DNA of 64,000 nucleotides. It comes from Perkinsela sp. CCAP 1560/9 (lineage: Eukaryota; Protista; Euglenozoa: Kinetoplastea). The notes under the pieces were generated by a model. It was not told the origin of the DNA, did not search any database, and saw only the letters and a program-made list of their open reading frames with translations. The DNA lies in the NCBI GenBank assembly GCA_965644495.1, contig CBFFSA010000020.1:124001-188000 (forward strand), given 5' to 3'. A program made the translations under genes and the position numbers. Positions 46,030 through 58,188 of the stretch are shown in pieces (positions within the stretch are counted from its first letter, which is position 1; each line of letters opens with the position of its first letter).

Positions 46030-48225
46030 AGGTACGTTGATATCTACAGTGGGGAATAGGCACGGAAAACGTCAGCATACAAAAAATACTTCAACGGTTG
46101 CAAAGATATAATACATTGTGTTAGATGGGCCTATTTGAACAATAAATAGCGTTATAATAGGCGCAATAATGCTTCACTTTGACCATAAAATAATAATATA
46201 GTGTTAGTTTGAATATTATCTTGTTATTTATAAAAAATAATTACATATTCGCTTATTCTGAAAATTGGTAATGTAAACGTTTGAACGGCGGCCATTCTCA
46301 TGTATTGGTCGCTTTGCTCTTGCATAACTTCCGCATGCCACCTTTTCTTCATCACGCTTTTCAGAGGAATAAATTATTGTTCGGAGAATATTTTTTTCGG
46401 AGAATGGTTTACTGTTACTATTTTGTCAGGGCGCGGAATAACATCTAAACTGATATTTATACGGATATTTTCTTGGATTTTTCCATGTTTTGTCTCATAC
46501 TTCTCAAGACCATTAGAGCTACACTTTTTCCCCATACTTAAATTTAGCTTGTATTATTGCAACGCGCGATATTTTGTGCTTACCCATACAGTAATAGTCA
46601 ACACAATAAGCTTAAAATATGATAATGACTAGTACAGTGATTATTTTCTGTATCTTTATTTTAAGAAATTTTATTTATCCGTGCATTTAAAAACAATTCA
46701 ATGCTGACACACGCGACCCCTTCCCTCACGGCCTTCATCTTAGCTTCAATCCACCCGAAAAGGGTAGATTGAACCGGTAACCATTCTGTCCAAAGTTCTG
46801 CAGGTGTCAATGAGTATCGACGACTACGATAACTGTTTCATTTATCAGCGCCTTGATGCGTTGAATGATGATGTCTACTGCATCTTGTGGGCTATACGCT
46901 TTTGCAACAGCACGTCCGACAGCGGTATTATCTGTTAAAATAAAAGCGACGGATGGATTGTGTGCCATCAACTGATTTTTCACAACCCTTTTTCGAAGGC
47001 TATAGCCTCGTCCATAGCAATCGGAAGTTCCTCCCCTTGCAAACTTTGATATTCAACACCTCTTTCATTTCTAAATACTCCTCTTCGTAAGGCAGTAATC
47101 TCATCACTCAGAGTGTAAGTAGCCCAACGGGTAGGTGTGGGATCGACTGTTATGCTCAAAATAGAATCTTTTTATGTGGTATAGATGCGATTTTGCATGG
47201 GACCACAAAGGCTTTAATGACAATATCAAATGTTTCATAGAATCGACAGGACTCTTGATTTCGTCCAATTCCGCGTCCCAGTTGACCATTTTGCCAAGAG
47301 AACTCTGAGCTTTCGATGCTCTCCCGAGTCCTATACGGTCCGCTGCCACTACTGATCCCGCGAAGCGGTAAAAACCTAGGAGGCTAAAGTACGTACGAGG
47401 AGTGTATTTCATTGTTGTCCGCACTATTTGATGCCATGGTGGTAAGGGAGTTCAGCACACGCATATCTAATATCGCCCGAGCCTTTGATTCAGTTTTCAG
47501 CACGGCCAAATACTTAGATAGAACAGGTATTGTGCCAGTGGGGTTGCTTTGAAGTCCTCAAGAGCGCCACACGACGTGAGGTACGCCAAGTGCCGAAACC
47601 AACGTTTTCCGAATGTATTAGTTGTGTTCCGATGTATTAGTTGTGATGGGCAGTGGTTCCTTATTCTGAAGAGGGTCCCTATTCAGAAGGCTAGTCGCGT
47701 GCACTGTATAAGGTGTATTGGCTATGGATGTGCCAAGCTCAAATCTGCCACCTCCTACGGTTTTTAACTCCGCAAGAGGTATATCGTTGTCCGCTATTCT
47801 CCCGCGAACGCCGGCCGTTTCTTTGCTAGAGAACGAAACATGATGCAAGACAATACCTGGACCCGAACTACGCGTACTATCTAATTGTGCAAAGTCTCTC
47901 TTTTTGATTATTGAGCTCTCACGACACGAATTTTATACCCCCCCGGAAATTGGTGACCCCCCTGTATAGTTACTATAAACTTTTTTTAAAAACTTTAAAA
48001 AGGTTCGGCGAAAGATTTTCGCCAAGTTGATATTTTAGTTAATTGTTTTTCCGGAAAAAAATCCGATCTTGGTGGACCCTTCCTGTAGATACCGGGGGGT
48101 TATTTGTTCACCTTTTCAGTAAGCGGTCGTAGTAAGTAGGTGCCTCCACAGTCATCCCAGTGTGAAACACAACCTGTAATTGTACTTATTTACACTACTT
48201 CAAGGTTAGGTAAACATTGATTATT

Positions 48226-48951
48226 ATGATGTTTTGCTCACTGCTTTCGGCTGATGTAACGGAACCGTTAAGAAAGGAAGCCCGAAAAGAAACGAACTCT
48301 TCTGACACGACGCTTTCCACAAGTAGTTCTAATGTGACTGGAAAATCTCGTCCATCCAAAGTCAGTGCCGTATCGTTACCCGTGGAGTACGATTTGATGA
48401 GACTCGTAGAAAACCCTCCACGCTCATGGTCCACCGATACTCCGGGATGTAGATGGGATGGGGTCAGATGTAACGACAAGGGCGACGTGATTTGGATGAA
48501 CTGGAGTGGCAGGATGGGCGAGGACAGTAGCAAGAAACTGCAAGGTCAGTTCAATGTAAAATATTTGCCGTACGAACTGAAACATTTACGCCTAACGGGA
48601 AATTCTCTGTCGGGTGAGTTTCCGTTCGATCAGTTGCCTCCGAAATTGGAAGACATTGACATATCGAGGAACCAGTTCACGGGTACTCCAGATTTTCGTC
48701 ATTTGCCACCCTTTCTAGTCTATCTTAATATGTCCGACAATAGATTTCATGGTCATATTGAATTTGATTTCGTGCACGAAAACTTGCGTCAAATGAGCTT
48801 AGCTTTTAATGCAGAACTTGAAGGCTTCCTAAAAATCAGAGACGAGATAAAGAATCTGTATTATACTGTAGCACGAACAAAGATTACAGTAAGCAATGGT
48901 GTGATGGTCCTAAATCGACCGATCGGGAGCGTTTGTGGAATATGTGGATGA
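48226..48951 (+). CDS. LRR protein, array copy 3
   Basis: Protein identical to copy 1. Confidence 0.88.
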   Translation: MMFCSLLSADVTEPLRKEARKETNSSDTTLSTSSSNVTGKSRPSKVSAVSLPVEYDLMRLVENPPRSWSTDTPGCRWDGVRCNDKGDVIWMNWSGRMGEDSSKKLQGQFNVKYLPYELKHLRLTGNSLSGEFPFDQLPPKLEDIDISRNQFTGTPDFRHLPPFLVYLNMSDNRFHGHIEFDFVHENLRQMSLAFNAELEGFLKIRDEIKNLYYTVARTKITVSNGVMVLNRPIGSVCGICG

Positions 48952-51147
48952 AGGTACGTTGATATCTACAGTGGGGAATAGGCACGGAAAACGTCAGCAT
49001 ACAAAAAATACTTCAACGGTTGCAAAGATATAATACATTGTGTTAGATGGGCCTATTTGAACAATAAATAGCGTTATAATAGGCGCAATAATGCTTCACT
49101 TTGACCATAAAATAATAATATAGTGTTAGTTTGAATATTATCTTGTTATTTATAAAAAATAATTACATATTCGCTTATTCTGAAAATTGGTAATGTAAAC
49201 GTTTGAACGGCGGCCATTCTCATGTATTGGTCGCTTTGCTCTTGCATAACTTCCGCATGCCACCTTTTCTTCATCACGCTTTTCAGAGGAATAAATTATT
49301 GTTCGGAGAATATTTTTTTCGGAGAATGGTTTACTGTTACTATTTTGTCAGGGCGCGGAATAACATCTAAACTGATATTTATACGGATATTTTCTTGGAT
49401 TTTTCCATGTTTTGTCTCATACTTCTCAAGACCATTAGAGCTACACTTTTTCCCCATACTTAAATTTAGCTTGTATTATTGCAACGCGCGATATTTTGTG
49501 CTTACCCATACAGTAATAGTCAACACAATAAGCTTAAAATATGATAATGACTAGTACAGTGATTATTTTCTGTATCTTTATTTTAAGAAATTTTATTTAT
49601 CCGTGCATTTAAAAACAATTCAATGCTGACACACGCGACCCCTTCCCTCACGGCCTTCATCTTAGCTTCAATCCACCCGAAAAGGGTAGATTGAACCGGT
49701 AACCATTCTGTCCAAAGTTCTGCAGGTGTCAATGAGTATCGACGACTACGATAACTGTTTCATTTATCAGCGCCTTGATGCGTTGAATGATGATGTCTAC
49801 TGCATCTTGTGGGCTATACGCTTTTGCAACAGCACGTCCGACAGCGGTATTATCTGTTAAAATAAAAGCGACGGATGGATTGTGTGCCATCAACTGATTT
49901 TTCACAACCCTTTTTCGAAGGCTATAGCCTCGTCCATAGCAATCGGAAGTTCCTCCCCTTGCAAACTTTGATATTCAACACCTCTTTCATTTCTAAATAC
50001 TCCTCTTCGTAAGGCAGTAATCTCATCACTCAGAGTGTAAGTAGCCCAACGGGTAGGTGTGGGATCGACTGTTATGCTCAAAATAGAATCTTTTTATGTG
50101 GTATAGATGCGATTTTGCATGGGACCACAAAGGCTTTAATGACAATATCAAATGTTTCATAGAATCGACAGGACTCTTGATTTCGTCCAATTCCGCGTCC
50201 CAGTTGACCATTTTGCCAAGAGAACTCTGAGCTTTCGATGCTCTCCCGAGTCCTATACGGTCCGCTGCCACTACTGATCCCGCGAAGCGGTAAAAACCTA
50301 GGAGGCTAAAGTACGTACGAGGAGTGTATTTCATTGTTGTCCGCACTATTTGATGCCATGGTGGTAAGGGAGTTCAGCACACGCATATCTAATATCGCCC
50401 GAGCCTTTGATTCAGTTTTCAGCACGGCCAAATACTTAGATAGAACAGGTATTGTGCCAGTGGGGTTGCTTTGAAGTCCTCAAGAGCGCCACACGACGTG
50501 AGGTACGCCAAGTGCCGAAACCAACGTTTTCCGAATGTATTAGTTGTGTTCCGATGTATTAGTTGTGATGGGCAGTGGTTCCTTATTCTGAAGAGGGTCC
50601 CTATTCAGAAGGCTAGTCGCGTGCACTGTATAAGGTGTATTGGCTATGGATGTGCCAAGCTCAAATCTGCCACCTCCTACGGTTTTTAACTCCGCAAGAG
50701 GTATATCGTTGTCCGCTATTCTCCCGCGAACGCCGGCCGTTTCTTTGCTAGAGAACGAAACATGGTGCAAGACAATACCTGGACCCGAACTACGCGTACT
50801 ATCTAATTGTGCAAAGTCTCTCTTTTTGATTATTGAGCTCTCACGACACGAATTTTATACCCCCCCGGAAATTGGTGACCCCCCTGTATAGTTACTATAA
50901 ACTTTTTTTAAAAACTTTAAAAAGGTTCGGCGAAAGATTTTCGCCAAGTTGATATTTTAGTTAATTGTTTTTCCGGAAAAAAATCCGATCTTGGTGGACC
51001 CTTCCTGTAGATACCGGGGGGTTATTTGTTCACCTTTTCAGTAAGCGGTCGTAGTAAGTAGGTGCCTCCACAGTCATCCCAGTGTGAAACACAACCTGTA
51101 ATTGTACTTATTTACACTACTTCAAGGTTAGGTAAACATTGATTATT

Positions 51148-51873
51148 ATGATGTTTTGCTCACTGCTTTCGGCTGATGTAACGGAACCGTTAAGAAAGGA
51201 AGCCCGAAAAGAAACGAACTCTTCTGACACGACGCTTTCCACAAGTAGTTCTAATGTGACTGGAAAATCTCGTCCATCCAAAGTCAGTGCCGTATCGTTA
51301 CCCGTGGAGTACGATTTGATGAGACTCGTAGAAAACCCTCCACGCTCATGGTCCACCGATACTCCGGGATGTAGATGGGATGGGGTCAGATGTAACGACA
51401 AGGGCGACGTGATTTGGATGAACTGGAGTGGCAGGATGGGCGAGGACAGTAGCAAGAAACTGCAAGGTCAGTTCAATGTAAAATATTTGCCGTACGAACT
51501 GAAACATTTACGCCTAACGGGAAATTCTCTGTCGGGTGAGTTTCCGTTCGATCAGTTGCCTCCGAAATTGGAAGACATTGACATATCGAGGAACCAGTTC
51601 ACGGGTACTCCAGATTTTCGTCATTTGCCACCCTTTCTAGTCTATCTTAATATGTCCGACAATAGATTTCATGGTCATATTGAATTTGATTTCGTGCACG
51701 AAAACTTGCGTCAAATGAGCTTAGCTTTTAATGCAGAACTTGAAGGCTTCCTAAAAATCAGAGACGAGATAAAGAATCTGTATTATACTGTAGCACGAAC
51801 AAAGATTACAGTAAGCAATGGTGTGATGGTCCTAAATCGACCGATCGGGAGCGTTTGTGGAATATGTGGATGA
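51148..51873 (+). CDS. LRR protein, array copy 4
   Basis: Protein identical to copy 1. Confidence 0.88.
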   Translation: MMFCSLLSADVTEPLRKEARKETNSSDTTLSTSSSNVTGKSRPSKVSAVSLPVEYDLMRLVENPPRSWSTDTPGCRWDGVRCNDKGDVIWMNWSGRMGEDSSKKLQGQFNVKYLPYELKHLRLTGNSLSGEFPFDQLPPKLEDIDISRNQFTGTPDFRHLPPFLVYLNMSDNRFHGHIEFDFVHENLRQMSLAFNAELEGFLKIRDEIKNLYYTVARTKITVSNGVMVLNRPIGSVCGICG

Positions 51874-54069
51874 AGGTACGTTGATATCTACAGTGGGGAA
51901 TAGGCACGGAAAACGTCAGCATACAAAAAATACTTCAACGGTTGCAAAGATATAATACATTGTGTTAGATGGGCCTATTTGAACAATAAATAGCGTTATA
52001 ATAGGCGCAATAATGCTTCACTTTGACCATAAAATAATAATATAGTGTTCGTTTGAATATTATCTTGTTATTTATAAAAAATAATTACATATTCGCTTAT
52101 TCTGAAAATTGGTAATGTAAACGTTTGAACGGCGGCCATTCTCATGTATTGGTCGCTTTGCTCTTGCATAACTTCCGCATGCCACCTTTTCTTCATCACG
52201 CTTTTCAGAGGAATAAATTATTGTTCGGAGAATATTTTTTTCGGAGAATGGTTTACTGTTACTATTTTGTCAGGGCGCGGAATAACATCTAAACTGATAT
52301 TTATACGGATATTTTCTTGGATTTTTCCATGTTTTGTCTCATACTTCTCAAGACCATTAGAGCTACACTTTTTCCCCATACTTAAATTTAGCTTGTATTA
52401 TTGCAACGCGCGATATTTTGTGCTTACCCATACAGTAATAGTCAACACAATAAGCTTAAAATATGATAATGACTAGTACAGTGATTATTTTCTGTATCTT
52501 TATTTTAAGAAATTTTATTTATCCGTGCATTTAAAAACAATTCAATGCTGACACACGCGACCCCTTCCCTCACGGCCTTCATCTTAGCTTCAATCCACCC
52601 GAAAAGGGTAGATTGAACCGGTAACCATTCTGTCCAAAGTTCTGCAGGTGTCAATGAGTATCGACGACTACGATAACTGTTTCATTTATCAGCGCCTTGA
52701 TGCGTTGAATGATGATGTCTACTGCATCTTGTGGGCTATACGCTTTTGCAACAGCACGTCCGACAGCGGTATTATCTGTTAAAATAAAAGCGACGGATGG
52801 ATTGTGTGCCATCAACTGATTTTTCACAACCCTTTTTCGAAGGCTATAGCCTCGTCCATAGCAATCGGAAGTTCCTCCCCTTGCAAACTTTGATATTCAA
52901 CACCTCTTTCATTTCTAAATACTCCTCTTCGTAAGGCAGTAATCTCATCACTCAGAGTGTAAGTAGCCCAACGGGTAGGTGTGGGATCGACTGTTATGCT
53001 CAAAATAGAATCTTTTTATGTGGTATAGATGCGATTTTGCATGGGACCACAAAGGCTTTAATGACAATATCAAATGTTTCATAGAATCGACAGGACTCTT
53101 GATTTCGTCCAATTCCGCGTCCCAGTTGACCATTTTGCCAAGAGAACTCTGAGCTTTCGATGCTCTCCCGAGTCCTATACGGTCCGCTGCCACTACTGAT
53201 CCCGCGAAGCGGTAAAAACCTAGGAGGCTAAAGTACGTACGAGGAGTGTATTTCATTGTTGTCCGCACTATTTGATGCCATGGTGGTAAGGGAGTTCAGC
53301 ACACGCATATCTAATATCGCCCGAGCCTTTGATTCAGTTTTCAGCACGGCCAAATACTTAGATAGAACAGGTATTGTGCCAGTGGGGTTGCTTTGAAGTC
53401 CTCAAGAGCGCCACACGACGTGAGGTACGCCAAGTGCCGAAACCAACGTTTTCCGAATGTATTAGTTGTGTTCCGATGTATTAGTTGTGATGGGCAGTGG
53501 TTCCTTATTCTGAAGAGGGTCCCTATTCAGAAGGCTAGTCGCGTGCACTGTATAAGGTGTATTGGCTATGGATGTGCCAAGCTCAAATCTGCCACCTCCT
53601 ACGGTTTTTAACTCCGCAAGAGGTATATCGTTGTCCGCTATTCTCCCGCGAACGCCGGCCGTTTCTTTGCTAGAGAACGAAACATGGTGCAAGACAATAC
53701 CTGGACCCGAACTACGCGTACTATCTAATTGTGCAAAGTCTCTCTTTTTGATTATTGAGCTCTCACGACACGAATTTTATACCCCCCCGGAAATTGGTGA
53801 CCCCCCTGTATAGTTACTATAAACTTTTTTTAAAAACTTTAAAAAGGTTCGGCGAAAGATTTTCGCCAAGTTGATATTTTAGTTAATTGTTTTTCCGGAA
53901 AAAAATCCGATCTTGGTGGACCCTTCCTGTAGATACCGGGGGGTTATTTGTTCACCTTTTCAGTAAGCGGTCGTAGTAAGTAGGTGCCTCCACAGTCATC
54001 CCAGTGTGAAACACAACCTGTAATTGTACTTATTTACACTACTTCAAGGTTAGGTAAACATTGATTATT

Positions 54070-54801
54070 ATGATGTTTTGCTCACTGCTTTCGGCTGATG
54101 TAACGGAACCGTTAAGAAAGGAAGCCCGAAAAGAAACGAACTCTTCTGACACGACGCTTTCCACAAGTAGTTCTAATGTGACTGGAACATCTCGTCCATC
54201 CAAAGTCAGTGCCGTATCGTTACCCGTGGAGTACGATTTGATGAGACTCGTAGAAAACCCTCCACGCTCATGGTCCACCGATACTCCGGGATGTAGATGG
54301 GATGGGGTCAGATGTAACGACAAGGGCGACGTGATTTTGATGAACTGGAGTGGCAGGATGGGCGAGGACAGTAGCAAGAAACTGCAAGGTCGGCTCAATG
54401 TAAAATATTTGCCGTACGAACTGAAACATTTACACCTAACGGGAAATTCTCTGTCGGGTGAGTTTCCGTTCGATCAGTTGCCTCCGAAATTGGAAGACAT
54501 TGACATATCGAGGAACCAGTTCACGGGTACTCCAGATTTTCGTCATTTGCCACCCTTTCTAGTCTATCTTAATATGTCCGACAATAGATTTCATGGTCAT
54601 ATTGAATTTGATTTCGTGCACGAAAACTTGCGTCAAATGAGCTTAGCTTTTAATGCAGAACTTGAAGGCTTCCTAAAAATCAGAGACGAGATAAAGAATC
54701 TGTATTATACTGTAGCACGAACAAAGATTACAGTAAGCAATGGTGTGATGGTCCGAAATCGACCGAGCGGGAGCGTTTGTGGAATACATGGACCAAGGTA
54801 A
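54070..54801 (+). CDS. LRR protein, array copy 5 (variant)
   Basis: Seven amino-acid changes plus an altered C-terminus relative to copies 1-4. Confidence 0.88.
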   Translation: MMFCSLLSADVTEPLRKEARKETNSSDTTLSTSSSNVTGTSRPSKVSAVSLPVEYDLMRLVENPPRSWSTDTPGCRWDGVRCNDKGDVILMNWSGRMGEDSSKKLQGRLNVKYLPYELKHLHLTGNSLSGEFPFDQLPPKLEDIDISRNQFTGTPDFRHLPPFLVYLNMSDNRFHGHIEFDFVHENLRQMSLAFNAELEGFLKIRDEIKNLYYTVARTKITVSNGVMVRNRPSGSVCGIHGPR

Positions 54802-55910
54802 GTTAATATCTGTAATGGGGAATAGGCACGGAAAACGTCAGCATACAAAAAATATTTCAACGGTTTCAAAGATATAATACATTGTGTTAGATGTCCCTAT
54901 TTGAATAATATAGCGTTATTTGAATAATATAGTGTTAGTTTGAATATTATAGTGTTATTTATAAATAGTGTTTACAGATTCGCATATTCTGAGGATTGGT
55001 AATGCAAACGTTTGATCGGGGCCATTCTCATGTATTGGTCGCTTTGCTCTTGCATAACTTCCGCATGCCACCTTTTCTTCATCACCCTTTTCATAGGAAT
55101 AAATTATTGTTCGGAGAATGTTTTTTCGGAGAATGTTTTACTGTTACTATTTTGTCAGGGCGCGGTATAACATCTAAACTGATATTTATACTGATATTTT
55201 CTGGGGGTTTTTCCATGTTTTGTCTCATACTTCTCAAGACCATTAGAGCTACACTTTTTCCCCATACTTAAATTTAGCTTGTATTATTGCAACGCGCGAT
55301 ATTTTGTGCTTACCCATACAGTAATAGTCAACACAATAAGCTTAAAATATGATAATGACTAGTACAGTGATTATTTTCTGTATCTTTATTTTAAGAAATT
55401 TTATTTATCCGTGCATTTAAAAACAATTCAATGCTGAAACACGCGACCCCTTCCCTCACGGCCTTCATCTTAGCTTCAATCCACCCGAAAAGGGTAGATT
55501 GAACCGGTAACCATTCTGTCCAAAGTTCTGCAGGTGTCAGTGCTTATCGAACATCCAAAGAAGTACGTGAAAGCCAAAACGTATGGTGGTGAAAGTGGAG
55601 TGAGTGTAGTGACCCAAAAAGTAGTGAGTGTAGTGAGGTCACTACAGACCACCTCCAGGGTATGAATAATCCCCCTCGTCACCTGTTTCTTGATCAGATT
55701 CATCTGGAGAAGGTTTCCGAGTCTGACGCATTTATCAGATAATGATTTCTTCTCTCTCTTACTTACTTTATTCTTTTATTCAATTTTCCACAAAATAGGC
55801 AAAATACATGGAACCTGTTTAAACGTTTATAAAGAGTCAGGTTAGAGAACTTGAAAAACGCAGAGGAAACGTCGCAGAGGAAAGCAAATTAACCAATTTC
55901 TCTTTGTTCC

Positions 55911-56776
55911 ATGATTCAGTTTTTGCAGTGTAGTGAACACCAAGAACCACTAAAGAAACGAATAAAGAAGGAAAGCGACCTGTCCACGGCTGCACCTACG
56001 GGAATCGCGTCCTCCACTAGAGGTACCCAGCCTGGGAAAGTAAAAGGCGCAACGTTCCCGCAAGAATACGACTTAATGCGACTTGTTGCTAATATCGTAT
56101 CATATCATGATCGTAATAATATGTGTAGAGAATGTATTTGAGGCACTAAATCCCGATCTTTTCCCCACAGGTGGATTCGCTTCACATTCTTGGAGTACAA
56201 ATACATCGGCATGTGAATGGATGGGCGTAAAGTGTGATGAAAATGGATTTGTTCGTGAAATTCAATGGTCGAATCTCGGTCTTACTGGTGGGTGGAAGTT
56301 CAAATTTTTGCTCTCAACGTTAATACAATTTTCCGTTGGACAAAACTTTCTGTCTGGTGACTTTTGTGTTGAATATTTGCCTCCCGCTTTGGAAAAGCTT
56401 GCTATTAACAACAACAAATTTACAGGAACCCTTGATTTACAGAAATTACCGGCTTCTATTATATATTTTGACGTTCGTTGCAACTCGCTAAAGGGTCATG
56501 TTTCTTTTCATTCCCTGCCGCCTCATCTGAAAACATTTTTTAACATTGCTCAATAATATTTCAGGGAAAGTTGATTTTTCTGCGCTTTCTACTTCATTGA
56601 AGAATTTTGGTGTTTGTGGATGCGATCTTGAAGGAACGTTTGATGCCAATTTGAAAGATTTTTATTACAGTGTAAGTCTTACAAATATTACCGTGATCAA
56701 CGACGGGCTTTCCCGCTCGGAACCAAAAGAAGAAGAAGAGATTCAGATAGTGGAGGTTAATATGGTACATGTGTAG
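55911..56776 (+). pseudogene. LRR pseudogene with two frameshifts
   Basis: KVKGATFPQEYDL, WSTNTSACEWMGVKC and LRRs spread over three ORFs. Confidence 0.82.
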
Positions 56777-56843
56777 CAATTTTCATCCTCCCGTGGATGG
56801 GGACCCCATGTCGGGGGTTATTTATATTGGTTCGATAGAAATA

Positions 56844-57286
56844 AAGGGGGGGCTCGTCTATTGTTGGCAACTTTTTTTTTGCCAACAATAGCCGATTGCC
56901 AACAATAGATGATACAATACCCCCCTTAACCAACAATAGATGGAACGGCAATAACATCATCTATTGTTGGCAATCAAGGTAACTTGCACTACTTTTATCA
57001 CCTACACTACCGACAGCCCCCCTCACATACATACATAGTATGAATAGGGTCGAGGATACATACATCCTATGTATGTATCCTCGAAAAAGTGGAAAAAAGC
57101 GGTCTTAAGCGGATATTCCACCTAGGATGACAAGTCACCTAGTACCGATTTCGAGTTCATACATGGCTATGGTTCAAAACAAAATCAAAATTAATTAAAT
57201 GTCAACAATAGCCGATTGCCAACAATAGATGATTTTATTAGTTTGCCAACAATAGATGATTGCCAACAATAGACGCACCCCCCCTT
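56844..57286. mobile_element. MITE with multiple subterminal CCAACAATAG repeats and an internal palindrome
   Basis: TA-AAGGGGGGGCTCGTCTATTGTTGGCAA ... TTGCCAACAATAGACGCACCCCCCCTT-TA; hairpin TCGAGGATACATACAT/ATGTATGTATCCTCGA near 57050-57084. Confidence 0.85.
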
Positions 57287-57772
57287 TAGTTGAAAATAAA
57301 TAGAAGAGATTCTAATTGCATAGTTGGTTTAATATTAATTTTACATTGTATCACAGCAAGTACGTAACTTAAATTGTAAACACCAGTAATTGGATCTTAC
57401 TGAATGTTCGTCTTGTACAAGCGATCTCACCTTAGCCGTAAAAATATAGCCTACACATACAATTTAAATATTTTTATAACGAACGTTTACCAATTACAGT
57501 TCACTAACTGAAAACGTGTACAATTCGACGATAGAAAATATCAATTTAAGTTTTATTTATCTCCTACTTTCCCTATTCAGAGCCATGTAATGAACTTGAA
57601 AAGCCCCATGACCAAAAAATCCCCAGGAAGCCAGTGCTACGAAAGGCACCAGTTACTTCTACAAACACATTAGATATACTCTTACATGTTACGGGTTATA
57701 ACACAGTTTTATTTTGAAAGGACTTTACCTAATAATTTTACATATACGTTTTATATCCTTGAATCTCACATT

Positions 57773-58123
57773 ATGGACGATGGGTCAGACCTCAGACGTG
57801 GAAAAGTACGCCGTGAATTATTACCACAGGAAAACGTACTTGAAGAATTTTTAAGAGGGGAAACACTTCGACATCCTACATGGATTACAGAAAAGAAACG
57901 ATTCTTTGGAGGCATCAAAAAGGTGTCTCCATGTACATGGAGAGGCATCACGTGCGACCCGGAAAATAATATCATCAGCATCATTGGGAGTTACGGCTCT
58001 CCGATCCTTGAAGGGAATTTAAGTTGGCGTGATCTCCCACCCACACTGGTCAGGTTGCAGTTACATCAGTACCCCAAACTTCGCGGCGTTATCGACTTGA
58101 CCAATTTTCCTCCATGTCTTAAT
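57773..58123 (+). pseudogene. LRR gene 5' half, interrupted by a retrotransposon
   Basis: KVRRELLPQE, SPCTWRGITC cap and first LRRs; ends at the SL-headed insertion. Confidence 0.85.
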
Positions 58124-58153
58124 CGATAAAGATACAGTTTCTGTACCTTGTTG
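58124..58153 (+). other. Spliced-leader exon sequence at the 5' end of a retrotransposon
   Basis: 30-mer identical to 26665-26694. Confidence 0.9.
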
Positions 58154-58188
58154 CTTGTTGTTTTTTTTTTCTAAACTGTATCTCCAAC

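Larger units (their letters stand above)
40379..55539 (+). repeat. Tandem array of a 2,922-bp unit, about 5.2 copies
   Basis: Identical ORFs recur at exact 2,922-bp spacing (42373, 45295, 48217, 51139, 54061). Confidence 0.97.
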
